Below, in pieces: positions 37,593 to 50,391 of a stretch of DNA of 64,000 nt. This DNA comes from Amphiscolops sp. MND2022 (lineage: Eukaryota). Below the pieces are notes generated by a model. It was not told the DNA's origin. It saw only the letters and a list, made by a program, of their open reading frames with translations, and made no database searches. Each line of letters opens with the position of its first letter. Positions within the stretch are counted from its first letter, which is position 1. The stretch lies in assembly GCA_964187785.1 (NCBI GenBank), contig OZ076409.1, forward strand, positions 56,546,001-56,610,000. Direction: 5' to 3'. The position numbers and the translations under genes were made by a program.

Positions 37593-40500
37593 AACAAAAA
37601 ACCTTTCGCATTAGAATTTCATATCTTAATTTGGGAACTACATTATTGGCTTGTATACTTTCGGGAAAACCTAAAAAAACCTCCTTTATGTTCTTAGCTT
37701 TACAAGCAACCGGTAATGTATAAATGAATAATAGAGCTGAAAGTTACTTTTCTTTTTTTTTTGTATAATGTACCATTGTTTGCTGAAGACCATGCTGTCT
37801 TTTGGGACCAAAAATCGGAGCAAGTCTTGTGACTTGGTTAATGATTGACGGAGAACTAACCCAGACTATTGAGACGATGCAACGCATGACAAATGAGGGG
37901 TGATTAGTTTATATTTTGAGAGGCTTTTTTGCGGGAAAAATGGAAAAAGCGGGCAATAGAATAATAACGAGGAGAAACTTTTAATCAATAGAGGCTCCAA
38001 ATAATCTCTTTGTCTACATAAGTTGCATTCACTTCAAAGTATTGATCCAAGTTTTCAGAGTTGGCAATCTGGAGTGGTTTGAATCAAGAGGCAGTAGCAA
38101 AAAAAGACGAGAAAAATTTTAGAATCAAAATTTAAGGACGGCTGATGAGAAATGCAACTCAACAAGCAGTAGTGTTCCGATGATGTGAAAGCGAAGACGG
38201 AAAATGATGCAAGTATAAAAGAAGGAAGCAAAGAAGAAATGCTGTTTACAGTAGAAGATGGTAGCGGTGTAGCAGCAGCAGCAGCGGCGGCGGCTGGTTC
38301 GTGTGAAAAGGAGTCTGTTCTGTCTGGGTTATCACAGCCGTGCAGACCCCTCCGCCAGTTGCCAACAGAGTGTGGAAAGAACACAAGGCACCACACCGGC
38401 AGTCGCAACTAGGGCGAAAAGAGCAAAGAAGGGGACAGGTAGCTACCATCAGCAGAGGAGATAACAACACCAAGAAGGCGCAGTGCCGAAAAGGAGCGGA
38501 CCTGTGCTGTGGATTTGATTTTGTTGCGGTTGTTGGCGGCGGTTTTACCGAGAAATCAAGAGTGAGAGTATTTACGCCTTGGCCTTCACGGTGGAAGAGA
38601 AGTAATAAAAATGATAAATTTACTTTAACTTACACTTTTTAGAACCGGCGGCGACCCAACAACGACCGGGGAAATAAATGTCGCTAGGCCAATAGAGCGG
38701 ACCCAACTTAAGTGAAGGGCTGTTGTTTAGTGCTTTGTCAAGGTGCAGCCAACAACAAGAAAAACTGCTGTGGCTGCTTCGAACGGCTGATCTTACTCCA
38801 CCAGAATTAACAGACAGGAAAAAGAGCGGGAAACGGGCTACCGGGTGGCCTCAGCAATGGCCGAAGTTACCAACAGCAAATAGGGCAATATAAGAAATTT
38901 ATCTATGCACGGAGTGTGATACGATACCTGTTCTGTTCTGTTATGTTATGTTCAGTTCTCCTCTCCTCACGAACTTTTCATCCCGGTAATATTGCCACAC
39001 AGTAATACCCCGGTCGCAATAAGGAGCAGTTAGCAGCATGGTACGGCTACTATATGATTCAGTATTGCTGGTAATAATATTGCACGTTATTGTATTGCAT
39101 TATATTCTATCGAATTTGGTGTAAATCAAGAAATCAAGACTAGCTTGCACCCCTATACCATATCTAACTAATACCCCCACCACTGACACTGCACTATTGA
39201 GGTGAAGGTACTGGAAGTTGCTTGGAACTGCAGTCCGCAGTTCGCTTCCTTTTCTTTTCCGCTTGCCAAAAAGCGGAATACGAGGCACAAATAGATGATA
39301 GAAAAAAAAACGAAACAAGCTGAAAAGAAATTTATTCTTAGCAAATCTCGGCCATTTGCCTTCATTTTGAACGGCGGAAAAGTGTATTATGACAATCTCA
39401 TTCTCAGTCACCGCGTCTCGATAAAGGCGTTCTTATTTCCCACATTTTTCTCACTTTTCCCACACTTTTGCTTCAATCAACCGCTACGTCAGCTTGGCTT
39501 AATTGTGACCTACTTCACGGAATTATTCCTGGGACAAATGAACACGTGAATAGTTTGTCCGAAAAATACTTTATTACTTTTATATAATACCTCTCATCTA
39601 GTTTTTTTAACTTGCCCGTATAAATACAATAAATAAGGAAAGCAGTATTCGTTGTTTTTCACGCCTCCCCTAGGGAAATACCTTTAGCATTTTCGCGTAT
39701 CCTTCCCACCAATTTGGTTGAATGGTTTTGAGTAAATTCTCGTGCAACGATCAAGGAAAAATCCACTAATTCAATTCTCATCTTTAATTCACTTTCGCAA
39801 GTCCAAGCAAAGTAGAAGGAGAAAAAACGACGGTACACCTTGGAATAGGTTGTTTTGCGGACGCTGTGTTTTCGCAAAAATCAATCAATGCGGATGACGG
39901 TCGAACAAGATTAGAGTAAAATGCGAAAATTAATGGAAAGCAAGACAATAACCCTCGAATTTAGCTGCAGATAATGGATTGTCTGTAGGAGTGTTTTATC
40001 TATCCACCCCCTCCCCCACCAAGCGGGTGGGCGCTGCACCGGGCGAATTTTTCGGGTGGAAGGAATCGCGATATGTAACTTGTTACAAAGAAGTTGTAGC
40101 TCCGGCGGCGGCAATGGCGACTAAAGAACAAGAATGCCGGGTATGGATGGTATTAACGGAGTGAAGAACGCTTGTTCATGCCAGCGGAATTACACTTTTA
40201 TGGATCAGTCTTAGGTCCGGGGGCCATTGAAATATCAGAGGCTGGGTATAAAGCGTCCTCCTACAAGCCTGGTGAAAAGTTCAAGTGAAAGCTGCAAATT
40301 GAACAAGAATAATACAAAGAAAACGACGTTTAATCAGCAATGAAAGCAAAGAGCAGTTGAAAGAAAACATGGAAAGTTGAAATGGGGCGATTACTTTGAA
40401 GCCATTGATGTTTGTTTATTAGAAAGAAACACAATATCTTGGTTGATTTGCTAGGATTTATTGTTCTAACATTCAATACACTTAGGGAAAAGTCAATCGC

Positions 40501-42538
40501 GACAAGGCAATTTCAAAATGACAGCTAACAAGCCTTCAAGTCAAATCGGCGATGTGATAGTTTGATGACAGGCTGTTCAAAACGAAACAATAACTGTTTC
40601 ATGCATCGTAAGCTATCGATGCATGCATGGTAAACCATGGATGCTACATATAAAATGCATCGTGAATCAGCCTGTTGTTTTTCAAAATTCTTTAATTGAG
40701 GAAAAACTGAAAACATTTCGAGGCGATGCATGTTATTGATGATGTTATAATGTAATGACCGTGATGTTCAAAATAGAACTATTTTAAAATAAACACTTTT
40801 TAGAAAGTCTCCAAAATCTTTTAGAAGCACTTCGCTGAGAAGAGAAGAACACTTCTTGTCAAATGTGAAGTTCGTAAATCGATACCTGCGGTGTATCTAT
40901 CAAATTTTCACTTGAGCCTTCAAAATTTCACTACCTTCAAGTTCAGTACATCGTGCCTCACTCTACTTCAAATCGAACTCATTTCAACTCCTTTTCCTGC
41001 AAAATTTCGAATTCTTCCAAATGAAAACATGAATTTTACCCAAAAAAATTTCATTCAATTTCTAGGACAATAATTCAAAGTATTTTTGTGAAACAGTAAC
41101 TTAAATGAATTAAATGAATTAACAATAAATTTATTGATCAACCACTGTAAAAATAATTTCGAGAATGGAATGAATCATGTCTTTTTAAATAGAATCAGCT
41201 GTTAAGAAGCTTGGCCATTTTTACAACAGCATTTGAAACTGCTTGGATAAAATCAAAAGGTATTGAATAATACAACACATTGGATCCTTTCCTCGTAATT
41301 TCTTACGAAGCAAAAAAAAACTAGAAAAACTCAGCAATGCATATTTTTGGCCTGCGTTTCACAGAATAAAATTTAAGCACGAGTATTTTCGATACTTGCG
41401 AGCACCTGATATATAGCTGGGATGGATCAATTAGTTGCGAATTCCTTTCAATCGACCAAAAGGAAGCTGTCTGAAGTAGCTGTGGACTTTGAACAGAATG
41501 GTTCCTGTTCAACTGCTTTGAAGATACATGAACAAGTTTTTTCCTCTCCTTCGCTATCATGGATTTCATATTTGAACAAAGATAAAGATGTTAATGGAAC
41601 ATATATTTTTCGCAACACTTACAAAGGAAAATATAGATTTTTCATGTTTGGGACTGAATTAATTTTTCGTGCTGAGATCCTATGGCCTTTTAACTTGCCA
41701 GACTACATGTATGGCCAAGCATGGTAATCTATGGACTGAACCCTATTTGGAAGCATCGAAAAAGAATTTAAAAAATAAGAAAATCAGTTTTCGCAAACGC
41801 TTCTCGCAAACGTGAAAACATTAAAAGCTTCTCAATTTGAAAAATTGTTTTCACTGCCTTACAATAAATTTCAAGTTTTTATTGAAAGCCAAATTGAAAG
41901 TATTATTCTAGACTTTTTCTTTCCTCATGAGTGTTTACACATACACTGGAAAGACAAATCGAATGTTTAGGATGATACGTACAATCGCCTTAATTAGCAG
42001 ATTCTCATGATACCAATTTTATCAGTAAAAATGTGCCACCGAAAACATAATTCCCAATCTTTGCGAAAAATAGCTGTGTCGCACGTATTAAGATAGTAAA
42101 TAGAATAAAATAATAGAAACCCTTTCAAAAACTACATTATACCAATTATCTTGATGTAAAATAGTTGAATGGCTTCAGTAAATAAAGGTTCAGTTTATTT
42201 CTTTCACTATTGTACAATCCTCTGGTGTATGAATGGAACTCCTATTTGATATTGTGGCATAGCTCAGTATAGACTTCACGCAAGCTAATTGAATTCATTA
42301 TTCCATTACGATATACATGCCGCAAAAGTGGAATTTATCATCAAGTGTAAAGTGTATTTTCCGTAAAACGAAAGCGAACCGTATTCTAGTCAAACAGTGC
42401 AGTGTGCTCATCGTGAATTTTGATGCACAGTGTAATCAGAAATTGCGGATTGTGGTCATTGAGCGTAATTAGAAAAAAGTGGAAACCAGTCAAGAATTTT
42501 CAACCTACAATTGGCTCAATTCCGTAACGTGTATAAAG

Positions 42539-42710
42539 CGTAAATTAGTCAATCTTTGACTAGAATTCACTTTTCGAGTACTTAGAAATATCTACCACGT
42601 AAATTAGTCACTCTTTGACTAGAATTCACTTTTCAAGTACTTAGAAATATCTACCACGTAAACTAGTCACTCTTTGACTAGAATTCACTTTTCGAGTACT
42701 TAGAAATATC
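42539..42710. repeat. 59-bp tandem repeat x~3
   Basis: Units start at 42539, 42598 and 42657; each has the TAGTCA-N5-TGACTA inverted repeat. Confidence 0.95.
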
Positions 42711-43669
42711 ATTCATTGAAAACGGGGAAAGTGATCAAAGTTTTACTACTTTATACCAAACAAACATCCTTGCTTTCTTATTCAACAAAAACGCTTCACA
42801 TTGTAAGTGCAGTCGGTAATTGGTTCGACTGTTTTACACTATTCATTTTGACTGGTTTAGACTAATTTGACTAACTTACATAATTAACAAAACTCGTAAC
42901 GCGTATCTGAAATAAGAACGCGTTTCTAATGGCTGTTAATCGAACTAGCAAGATCTTGCTAGTCCGTTGCGGCACATGTATCATAATGCCGTAACCGATC
43001 CTTAGACATTAGATCTAGCTGTGATTAATATACTAAATTAGTTCTTCCATTTCACCAATACCTATTTTATCTTAGTAGGTTTAGAACACGACAAGATGCA
43101 ATATCCTGAATTTTTCAGAAATTGTTATTTAGGAAAACAACTTAGACCCATTCACTATTTCATATTTCCAAAGCTTGTGGAGCAATTTAGGGTTAGTATA
43201 TCTAATTTTAACATAATCTCATTTCCTTTTGGGCCTGAGTAAGCTTTCTCGAGCCTGAATATTACTTATTTCGGAGCCTTGCCCTTGAATTGTTTGAAAA
43301 AAATTGAAAAACCTGGCATGAATGCAAGTATTCGCATGAAAATGCGACGGAATCCAGCTTCAACTGCTGAGAAAATTATCTGCATGTAAGAAGAAAACAT
43401 ATCCGAAATATGCAGAAATTTGACTCTTAAAATACGTTTTTGTATTATAAAATTTGTTTTTTTTTCCTTGGAAAATCATCAGAGTGCGGTTTTTCACAAA
43501 GACAAATATTATGGATAACTATGTATAACTTAATTTCCGAATAAAATAGTTGGGCATCCTCGAAATCCCAAACATAGCTTAAATAGACTAAAAAACTTGA
43601 ATGGCGAGAGTTTTGTTGAAATTTTGAGCATGGCCAAGTCTAACGAATTTTTGTGATCGAAATATTCGA

Positions 43670-43808
43670 TTCCCATCGATGGGTCATCGATGGGTCATCG
43701 ATGGGATCATCGTTAGAAACACCTCATCGATGCCCATCGATGGACCATTGATGGCCATCGATGGACCCCATGGACCATCGATGAACTGCGATGGGATCTC
43801 AGTACGGG
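43670..43808. mobile_element. CMC-like MITE right arm
   Basis: CCATCGATGG repeats ending CTCAGTACGGG followed by TA; no matching left TIR seen. Confidence 0.65.
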
Positions 43809-43809
43809 T

Positions 43810-44140
43810 AGGTCTAATGGAAGAAGTCGCAATTTAAAATTATATCGATGGAACGTCACCCTTTTTGACAGAACAAGAAACCAAACTGCGAAAACGACTA
43901 ATGTGGGGAATGGGTAGCAGGCAATTCACGCAATGACCAGAGAAATACCCAAGGAACCGATGAGCTGTATCTAATTAAACTAATTAGTAGAGCTCTTTAA
44001 GAACCGTTTCATGTCGGATGGAAATCGACAACACAATAGAACCGGCTTCTTCGATTTGCAACCTGAAAAGGGTGAAACTAAAGACGAGACCTGGTAACAG
44101 CTACTAGATTTTCAAAGAAATTGTTATCGAACTGAGTTAT
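43810..44140 (+). pseudogene. Fragment of a Gypsy gag
   Basis: ELFKNRFMSDGNRQHNRTGFFDLQPEKGETKDETW*QLLDFQRNC aligns by eye with gag of the 14909-20887 element (LFRLHFIPERNKHHSRADFFNLKR*PGETAAEIWNRILEIEKNC). Confidence 0.65.
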
Positions 44141-46379
44141 AATGACACATGCAGAACATCACGGATTAAATACGTTGCCAAGTTTTTGATGTTTCTTGTA
44201 AGCAACTTGAAGTTTTGCAAGAAAGGTTTTTATCTGAGTTTTAGAAAATGTTGATAAAAATTGCTGGCATGCCATTTAAACTAGAGTGTCTTCGTTACCA
44301 CGAATCAAAGCACGAAAATTACAAAAAAGGAATTTCCCAAATGCAACATTTCCGAAAACTATTGGTCGTTTTTAAACCGGGTTTAAGTTTTTGAAAGTGA
44401 TCATCCAAATTTTTTAGATGGATACAAATGTCGCGATAAAATTTCGATGTGAAAATGTTCACAAAAAAACGTCTCCGACGTTTTTTTGTTCACATGAACA
44501 TCGTTTCATGATTTTGGACAAAATCTTCGACGACATCGACTTGAATTGGATTGAAATCATTCGTCACATTTTTAGCTTTTTCTGGATTTCAAATTTCTGA
44601 ATTTTCGACATCAGAACTTTGATGAGGATAATTGCACCGAGGCGTGTTCAAGAAATGATTACGGGTAAGAATAAGGATCTTTTATGTTAATTCACCCCAC
44701 CAATTTATTTGCACCCCAGTTAAGCGGTTAAGTGAAATTATCTTTTATTTAATAGTAACAACCAATCAAATTGCAGTATTTCATAACTCTAACTGCAACT
44801 GAAACTCATCGCTGATAGCGATGGGGAATTAAAATTTCCGCGCTTACTGTGGGGGGGATTAACAGAAAAGATACAAGAATAATTATAATAATGAAAATGA
44901 AATAATTTATTTTTTACACTCAAATGAACAAAAATAATTATTTTAGGACCTGTGAAAAGAAAAATAAATATTTTTGTGATACCTAAAACTAAGAGCGTTT
45001 AATTTACCATATCGTCAGCCAATTAACTTCGAGAATTGTTAACCATAAAAGATCATCGCCAAAAATTCAGCTCAGTGAACTTTGAGTTGCAACTTTTTTT
45101 GATGGCTTGCAAATGTTGGTCTGTTTGTGATGTTCAGAGCATAATTTAAGTAATTGTTGATATCCGTGTTTTTGCTGAGAATAAAAATGATTGTTTTAGC
45201 AAAAAATGATAAAATTATTCATTTTCCACCCTGAAAATCAAATAATTCATTTTTAGGCAATAACAATATTCCAATAAAACATTGAACACCCCTGATTGCA
45301 CCTCAACATTGCTGAGGCGGTTATCTAATAACAGAAAAACTTTGTGCAAAAATCAAACCAATCGAACCAAAAAATGCTCGTCGTAAATTGAGGACGAATC
45401 ACTGCGGAGGACATGTTTTAGCTTCAAGAAAAGTAAAGAAATGCGACAATCAGTTTGAGCTTCGAAAATGAAATATTCAAAAGATGGTCACAAGAAGCAG
45501 CTTGAATAAAAAATGAAGCCTATCATAGAAAATCATCCATCATTTTTTCTTCTTGAAAATACTTTTACAAGTTTCAAACGCAGCTATTTGCATGGAAACA
45601 CTTCATTCTCGGGGCATTTTGTCACAAATCTAAACAAGTAACGCCCCTTGTGGGACTTGAGCGGGTAACTTTGGATAAAATAAACAAGAATAATCAACAA
45701 AGAAGACTGTGAATAGCCATCCCCAAGAGAAGCAACGCCTTAATTGATCATTAGGAATAGCAAAACGAAATACTCAAAGTAGATTTCAAAATGATTAATT
45801 TTATTGAATCATCATTAACGTTTAACCGAAAGGCAACAAAAATTCAGATTATTACATTTTCCTCATAAACAAGTTGCTGGTGGTTCCACTTAGCTAATCA
45901 TAGAGTCGTTTCTCCGCCCACAAATCGTTTGCTCCGTGGAGGAGGAAGATTTTTACGAGAACACGAGGACAGTTTATTGCATGCTGCTTCTGCAAGACTT
46001 TGCCGCGTATCTAACTAACATTCATCAAATTGTGAACTTAATTTTGTTTCGGCAGTAACATAAAAGCATCAAGTTTCTTTAATTAATCAAGACAAACTGG
46101 AAGACCAATCAAAAACATTATTTTCATCATGAACAATCACGAATTACCTCAACTTCTTAATTTTACTGTTACAAAGATGAAGCATGCTTTTCTTAAGGTC
46201 TTCTCAATGAAAACAAAATGTTTTCACAGAAAAATGAACCTCAAAAGATAGATCGTTTGGCGATGACTTCTACTAGATTGACCTTCAAGTTTTTCCGAAA
46301 GCAAATTAAGAACTACCACTATCACAGATTACAAGATTTTTAAACGATTATTAAAAAGGAACATGGTGCAAGGCAACTC

Positions 46380-47017
46380 CCCAGGTTAACCATCATGGCT
46401 AATTCATAGATATTCATCCATGATTCATCCATGATTCATGGATCGCCATGTCATGAATCATTCCATGATCTTGGAAAGATATCCATGATTCATGGATGAT
46501 TCATGGATGGAAACCCATGATTCATGGATGGAAACCCATGATTCATAGATTAAATCCCCGACGCCGAGGATGAGCATCGACGCAAATTAAAGCGAAGGTC
46601 CAGTTTTTGAACTAGCCGTTGAACTGGATACACCAGATTCGATGAATTATGAAAAGAATAGTACCATAAAATCTATTTTTGGATTGATGAATTCCGAAAA
46701 GACCCTCAAAAATGATGAAAATACCGAAAAAGAGCACAAATTAAGCGGATATCATGGAATTTGACATCTATCGAAACAAACAAGTCAAATAAACCTCAGT
46801 TTTATGAGAACCGACACGCACATAAAATTTTGCCTAATTCGAACATTTGAACGAATTTTTCAACATTGCAAATCATGGATGAATCATGGATGAAAATCCA
46901 TGAAGCGTCACTCTGCCATGGATCATCGATGTTTTTCCATGAATAAGTATGTAATGTGTTGAAAAATCCATGATCATAGATGAATATCCATGAATTAGCC
47001 ATGATGGTCAACCTGGG
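46380..47017. mobile_element. CMC/EnSpm-like MITE with 2-bp TSD
   Basis: ~45-bp TIR CCCAGGTTRACCATCATGGCTAATTCAT...; TC on both flanks (46378-46379, 47018-47019); CCATGA/TCATGG subterminal repeats. Confidence 0.9.
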
Positions 47018-47690
47018 TCCATACAATTTCAGTCATAATTCAAGCACGACTGCATATTTCCAGAGATGTTTCAAAAAGAAAAGCATTTAGTTGGCAATGA
47101 AACGTCAAAAATTCAGTTGGATCTTTTCGACGTTTACCTGACGAAATTTAGACTTACTTCGTGAAGATGAATATTTTTTTTTGAATAATTTTTCAAAACT
47201 TTTTTCATCTGATAGCTCCAATAAATTGAAGGAAAACTCCAGGAAAGTTTTCTCGGTACCTATTTTTGAAAGTATTTAAGAATTTTTGGAACCTTCAAAC
47301 CAAATCAGCTGCGAATGTCACAGTGTCAAAAAAGTTCGATTAACCTAAATTTCACAGAAAAAAAGCGGTTCGAGAAATATTATCGTTCTGGTCTCAGTTT
47401 AAAAGTACTCTAACAACCTGGAGGGATCCAGGGCCACTCTGCAGCTATGTTAAAAGCTCTGTAGGAGCTAAGAATAATTTGAAAAAGCTCTGTAATTTCT
47501 TTCATCTGAAAACCATAGAAGAAATAGGCGGAATAAAGACAAAAATATCATAAATGTCTGGTATCATGAAAACTGGAGCTTCATATTGGAGGCCAGAGGT
47601 CTGAACGTTGTTTACATCAACCATGTCTGAAGTGTTAGAAACAAAAATGAAAATAATGAAAAATAACAATCAAAGGTTTGCTCAACTGTT

Positions 47691-47735
47691 TTCATTTTTC
47701 CCGCCCATTTTCCACATGGGAAAGGAAAATGAATA
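47691..47735 (+). mobile_element. Isolated 5' end of HINE family A
   Basis: TTTTCCCGCCCATTTTCCACATGGGAAAGGAAAAT matches 3952-3990. Confidence 0.55.
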
Positions 47736-49749
47736 TCTCAAATGAGTACAACTGCCGAAAATTACCAAACAAAATATTTTTTCCACAGTATTCAACGACA
47801 AAACACTAGATTCGTAGCATATGTAATTGTGGATATCATTGAAGTTTTTGAAAAAAAGTGCCTTCAGTGAATACAAAGACACCGAATGAGTGCTCAGCTG
47901 GGATGGACCGAAATTGGCTCCCTTTTCAAGACTGAAAGAAAACGAAATCTTTTATATATATGTACAGGAATAATTATTGAGAAAAAATTGAGAAATCCCA
48001 CAATGGCAAGTTTACCCGAGGAGAGGAGAAAGGACCTAAAGGCTCGAAAAACACTTCTCCGTAACATCAAAACACCCAATGTTTAAATCAGTAGTTTTCA
48101 AATAAAAGTCAAACTCAGCTCCGGCAAAATCCACAAAACACAATTTCAGAAACCATCTTCATGGAGAACACAATGAAGATAACGGAAATGGAAATAGGAC
48201 TCAATTTGATCAAAAATGTTCAAATGGAAGTTCATATTTTATGTTTTTAATCATCTCGCTGAAAAAGTTTTTACGACTTTGGTTGAGGCGTAATGATCGC
48301 AATTCAACGTTCCAGTGCTCCAGGCAAAATGTCACGGTGGGTATTATTTTCTGAAACCCAGACAAGTTCACATGCTTTCAAATTATGTAATTTGTTTGTC
48401 CAATTAGTGTCTTGGCGCAATGAAAGCAAAATTCTTTCAGTAATCAATTCTATAACGAAGGTGATTATTTTTGAAGGTCTTGTCTTTGTTTGGTCAAAGG
48501 AGCGGTGTATTCAAAACTAATCAGACAAGTATTAAATTCTGGTCTCCCATAAAGAAAGTGGTTTAGAAGTATGCGATGCGATATCGTCGGGATCAGGGAG
48601 ATGTAAGTCAATAGGCGTGCAATGGGAAATCAATCTTTCAACTGCAGCAAAAAAACACTTTGAGGAATCTCATCTGGCAGCGTCTTCGAGCCGATATCTG
48701 AAGACGGAGAGTCTTTGAATTATCAAATTAAATGGCCGCACACACACCGTCAAACTGTGGTGCTAAGGCGGGATTGAATTCCCAAGTATATTTCTTTACT
48801 GAAAAAATGCAATAACCGTTGTATTCAGGATTTTGATTGTTTCAATCAAACATTTGTTAGCAGTCACAAAGATTGTAGCCCTGTCGGACTTAATGCCATT
48901 AGGGTATCCAAGACGAGAGATGAAGCGTCGAAAACCATGTTTGATGGAGTCCGCAGACAGTATGTAGGTTCATTCCACATGGACGCTCTGGTTATAAGGC
49001 AAATGAACAGTGGTCCATACCACGTCTCATGCACTGGTGCATTAAGTTTAATCACGACACGAAAAGGATCGAAAATGTCTCCACACCTGAGACCCAGAAA
49101 TGTTTTATCGGCAGGAGACCTGCACTGGGAAAGATCTGCTTTTGTAGGTTGAAGACCGGCAATTCCGACGTGTACAAGCATGACAAGCTTTTTTACCTGC
49201 CTGGATATCTTAGAAAGAATCAAATTTAACTTGAAAATGGGTATCCAATTATCGAAATATTTGACGTTAAGGAGGTATAAAATTAATATGCTGAATTTCA
49301 AAATCAACGACGAAAAAAGGTCGTTGTGACAGAATCCAGTTATATCCAAATATCATTTGAGTGATTCTTCAAACATGCATTTTCTCACTATCCAGCGAAC
49401 CACAGTTCTTGTGGCAATGTTTTCTGGTGTGAAAATTCAGGCATCTAATACCAAGAATCGTGCAATTCATTTTTTGAAGTTTCAGGTTGTTTTGTCAGTA
49501 ATTTTGAAAATTTCAAGTGCTTCCAATATTTTTTCTCGAGCAGCAAATCATTTTTTGAGCAATTTCTTTTTTTAGTTTGATCTTAAATTCTGTGTTCCAC
49601 AACTTGCTCCAGTGACTTCAACCTTTTGAGGTTAGATTTTTTCTAGTTATTTTCAGTCAATGTTTTGGAAGAAAATGAACGACTGTTACAGTGGTTATTT
49701 GTTTTTCGTCAATTCAACGCGGCGCACGTTTACCAATTGTATTAAGTAC

Positions 49750-50391
49750 TTGGTTTAAACGCATGCAAAGCCTCTAACGTGAATCACAAAGCAAAAGGGT
49801 CCCCAATTTCTCTTTTTCGACACTTTGCGAGACTTTTTTCAATATTCCCCGCTTCAGTTTTTTGAAATCTTGCAACAGAAGGGATATTAAACCCAAAGGG
49901 TCTCAATTTTCGGATTTTTTGGCACTATGCAACTGTTGCAAATTCTCTTTGAATTTGATAGTGGGTTTTCTCAAAACATATCCACCAATAAATTTTCTCA
50001 ATTCTATCCGGATTGTTTTCAAGACCGGCGTTTTTTCGGTATTAAGGTTTTTTTTCTAAATGTTTTCATCGAAGCACCCCCCCCCCCCGATTTTTATTAG
50101 AAACCAAAGGTCTTGCGAGCATAGAGGACTTTGTAGGGTTTTCGGCACTATGCGACTTCCCGGGGACTTTTTTTGAAATAAATCGATTTTTGTTCTATGA
50201 GAGGTTTTCTGTTAAACAAGATGGTTTTTTTGCTGTTTATCCTTTTGGGAAAAAGTGGTTTTAGTGTTTTATGCGTATCCGTTCGGATATTTTTGGCACT
50301 GTAAGTTTGATGAAAGTTTAACAATGGCGTTCTTTTGCATATTTAAAAACTTTACTTTTTTGAACCTTGAGCGGGGCCATTCAGGGCTTGT
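49750..50391 (+). mobile_element. HINE family B-related copy
   Basis: 3' end TGAACCTTGAGCGGGGCCATTCAGGGCTTGT resembles the reverse complement of 24446-24490; start approximate. Confidence 0.55.

Noticed and set aside
38055..38642. Poly-Ala ORFs on both strands
   Set aside because: Arise from a GCA/GCG microsatellite; no domain or splice support
45640..45680. tRNA-like 3' end on the minus strand
   Set aside because: Too degenerate; no cloverleaf or intact A/B boxes
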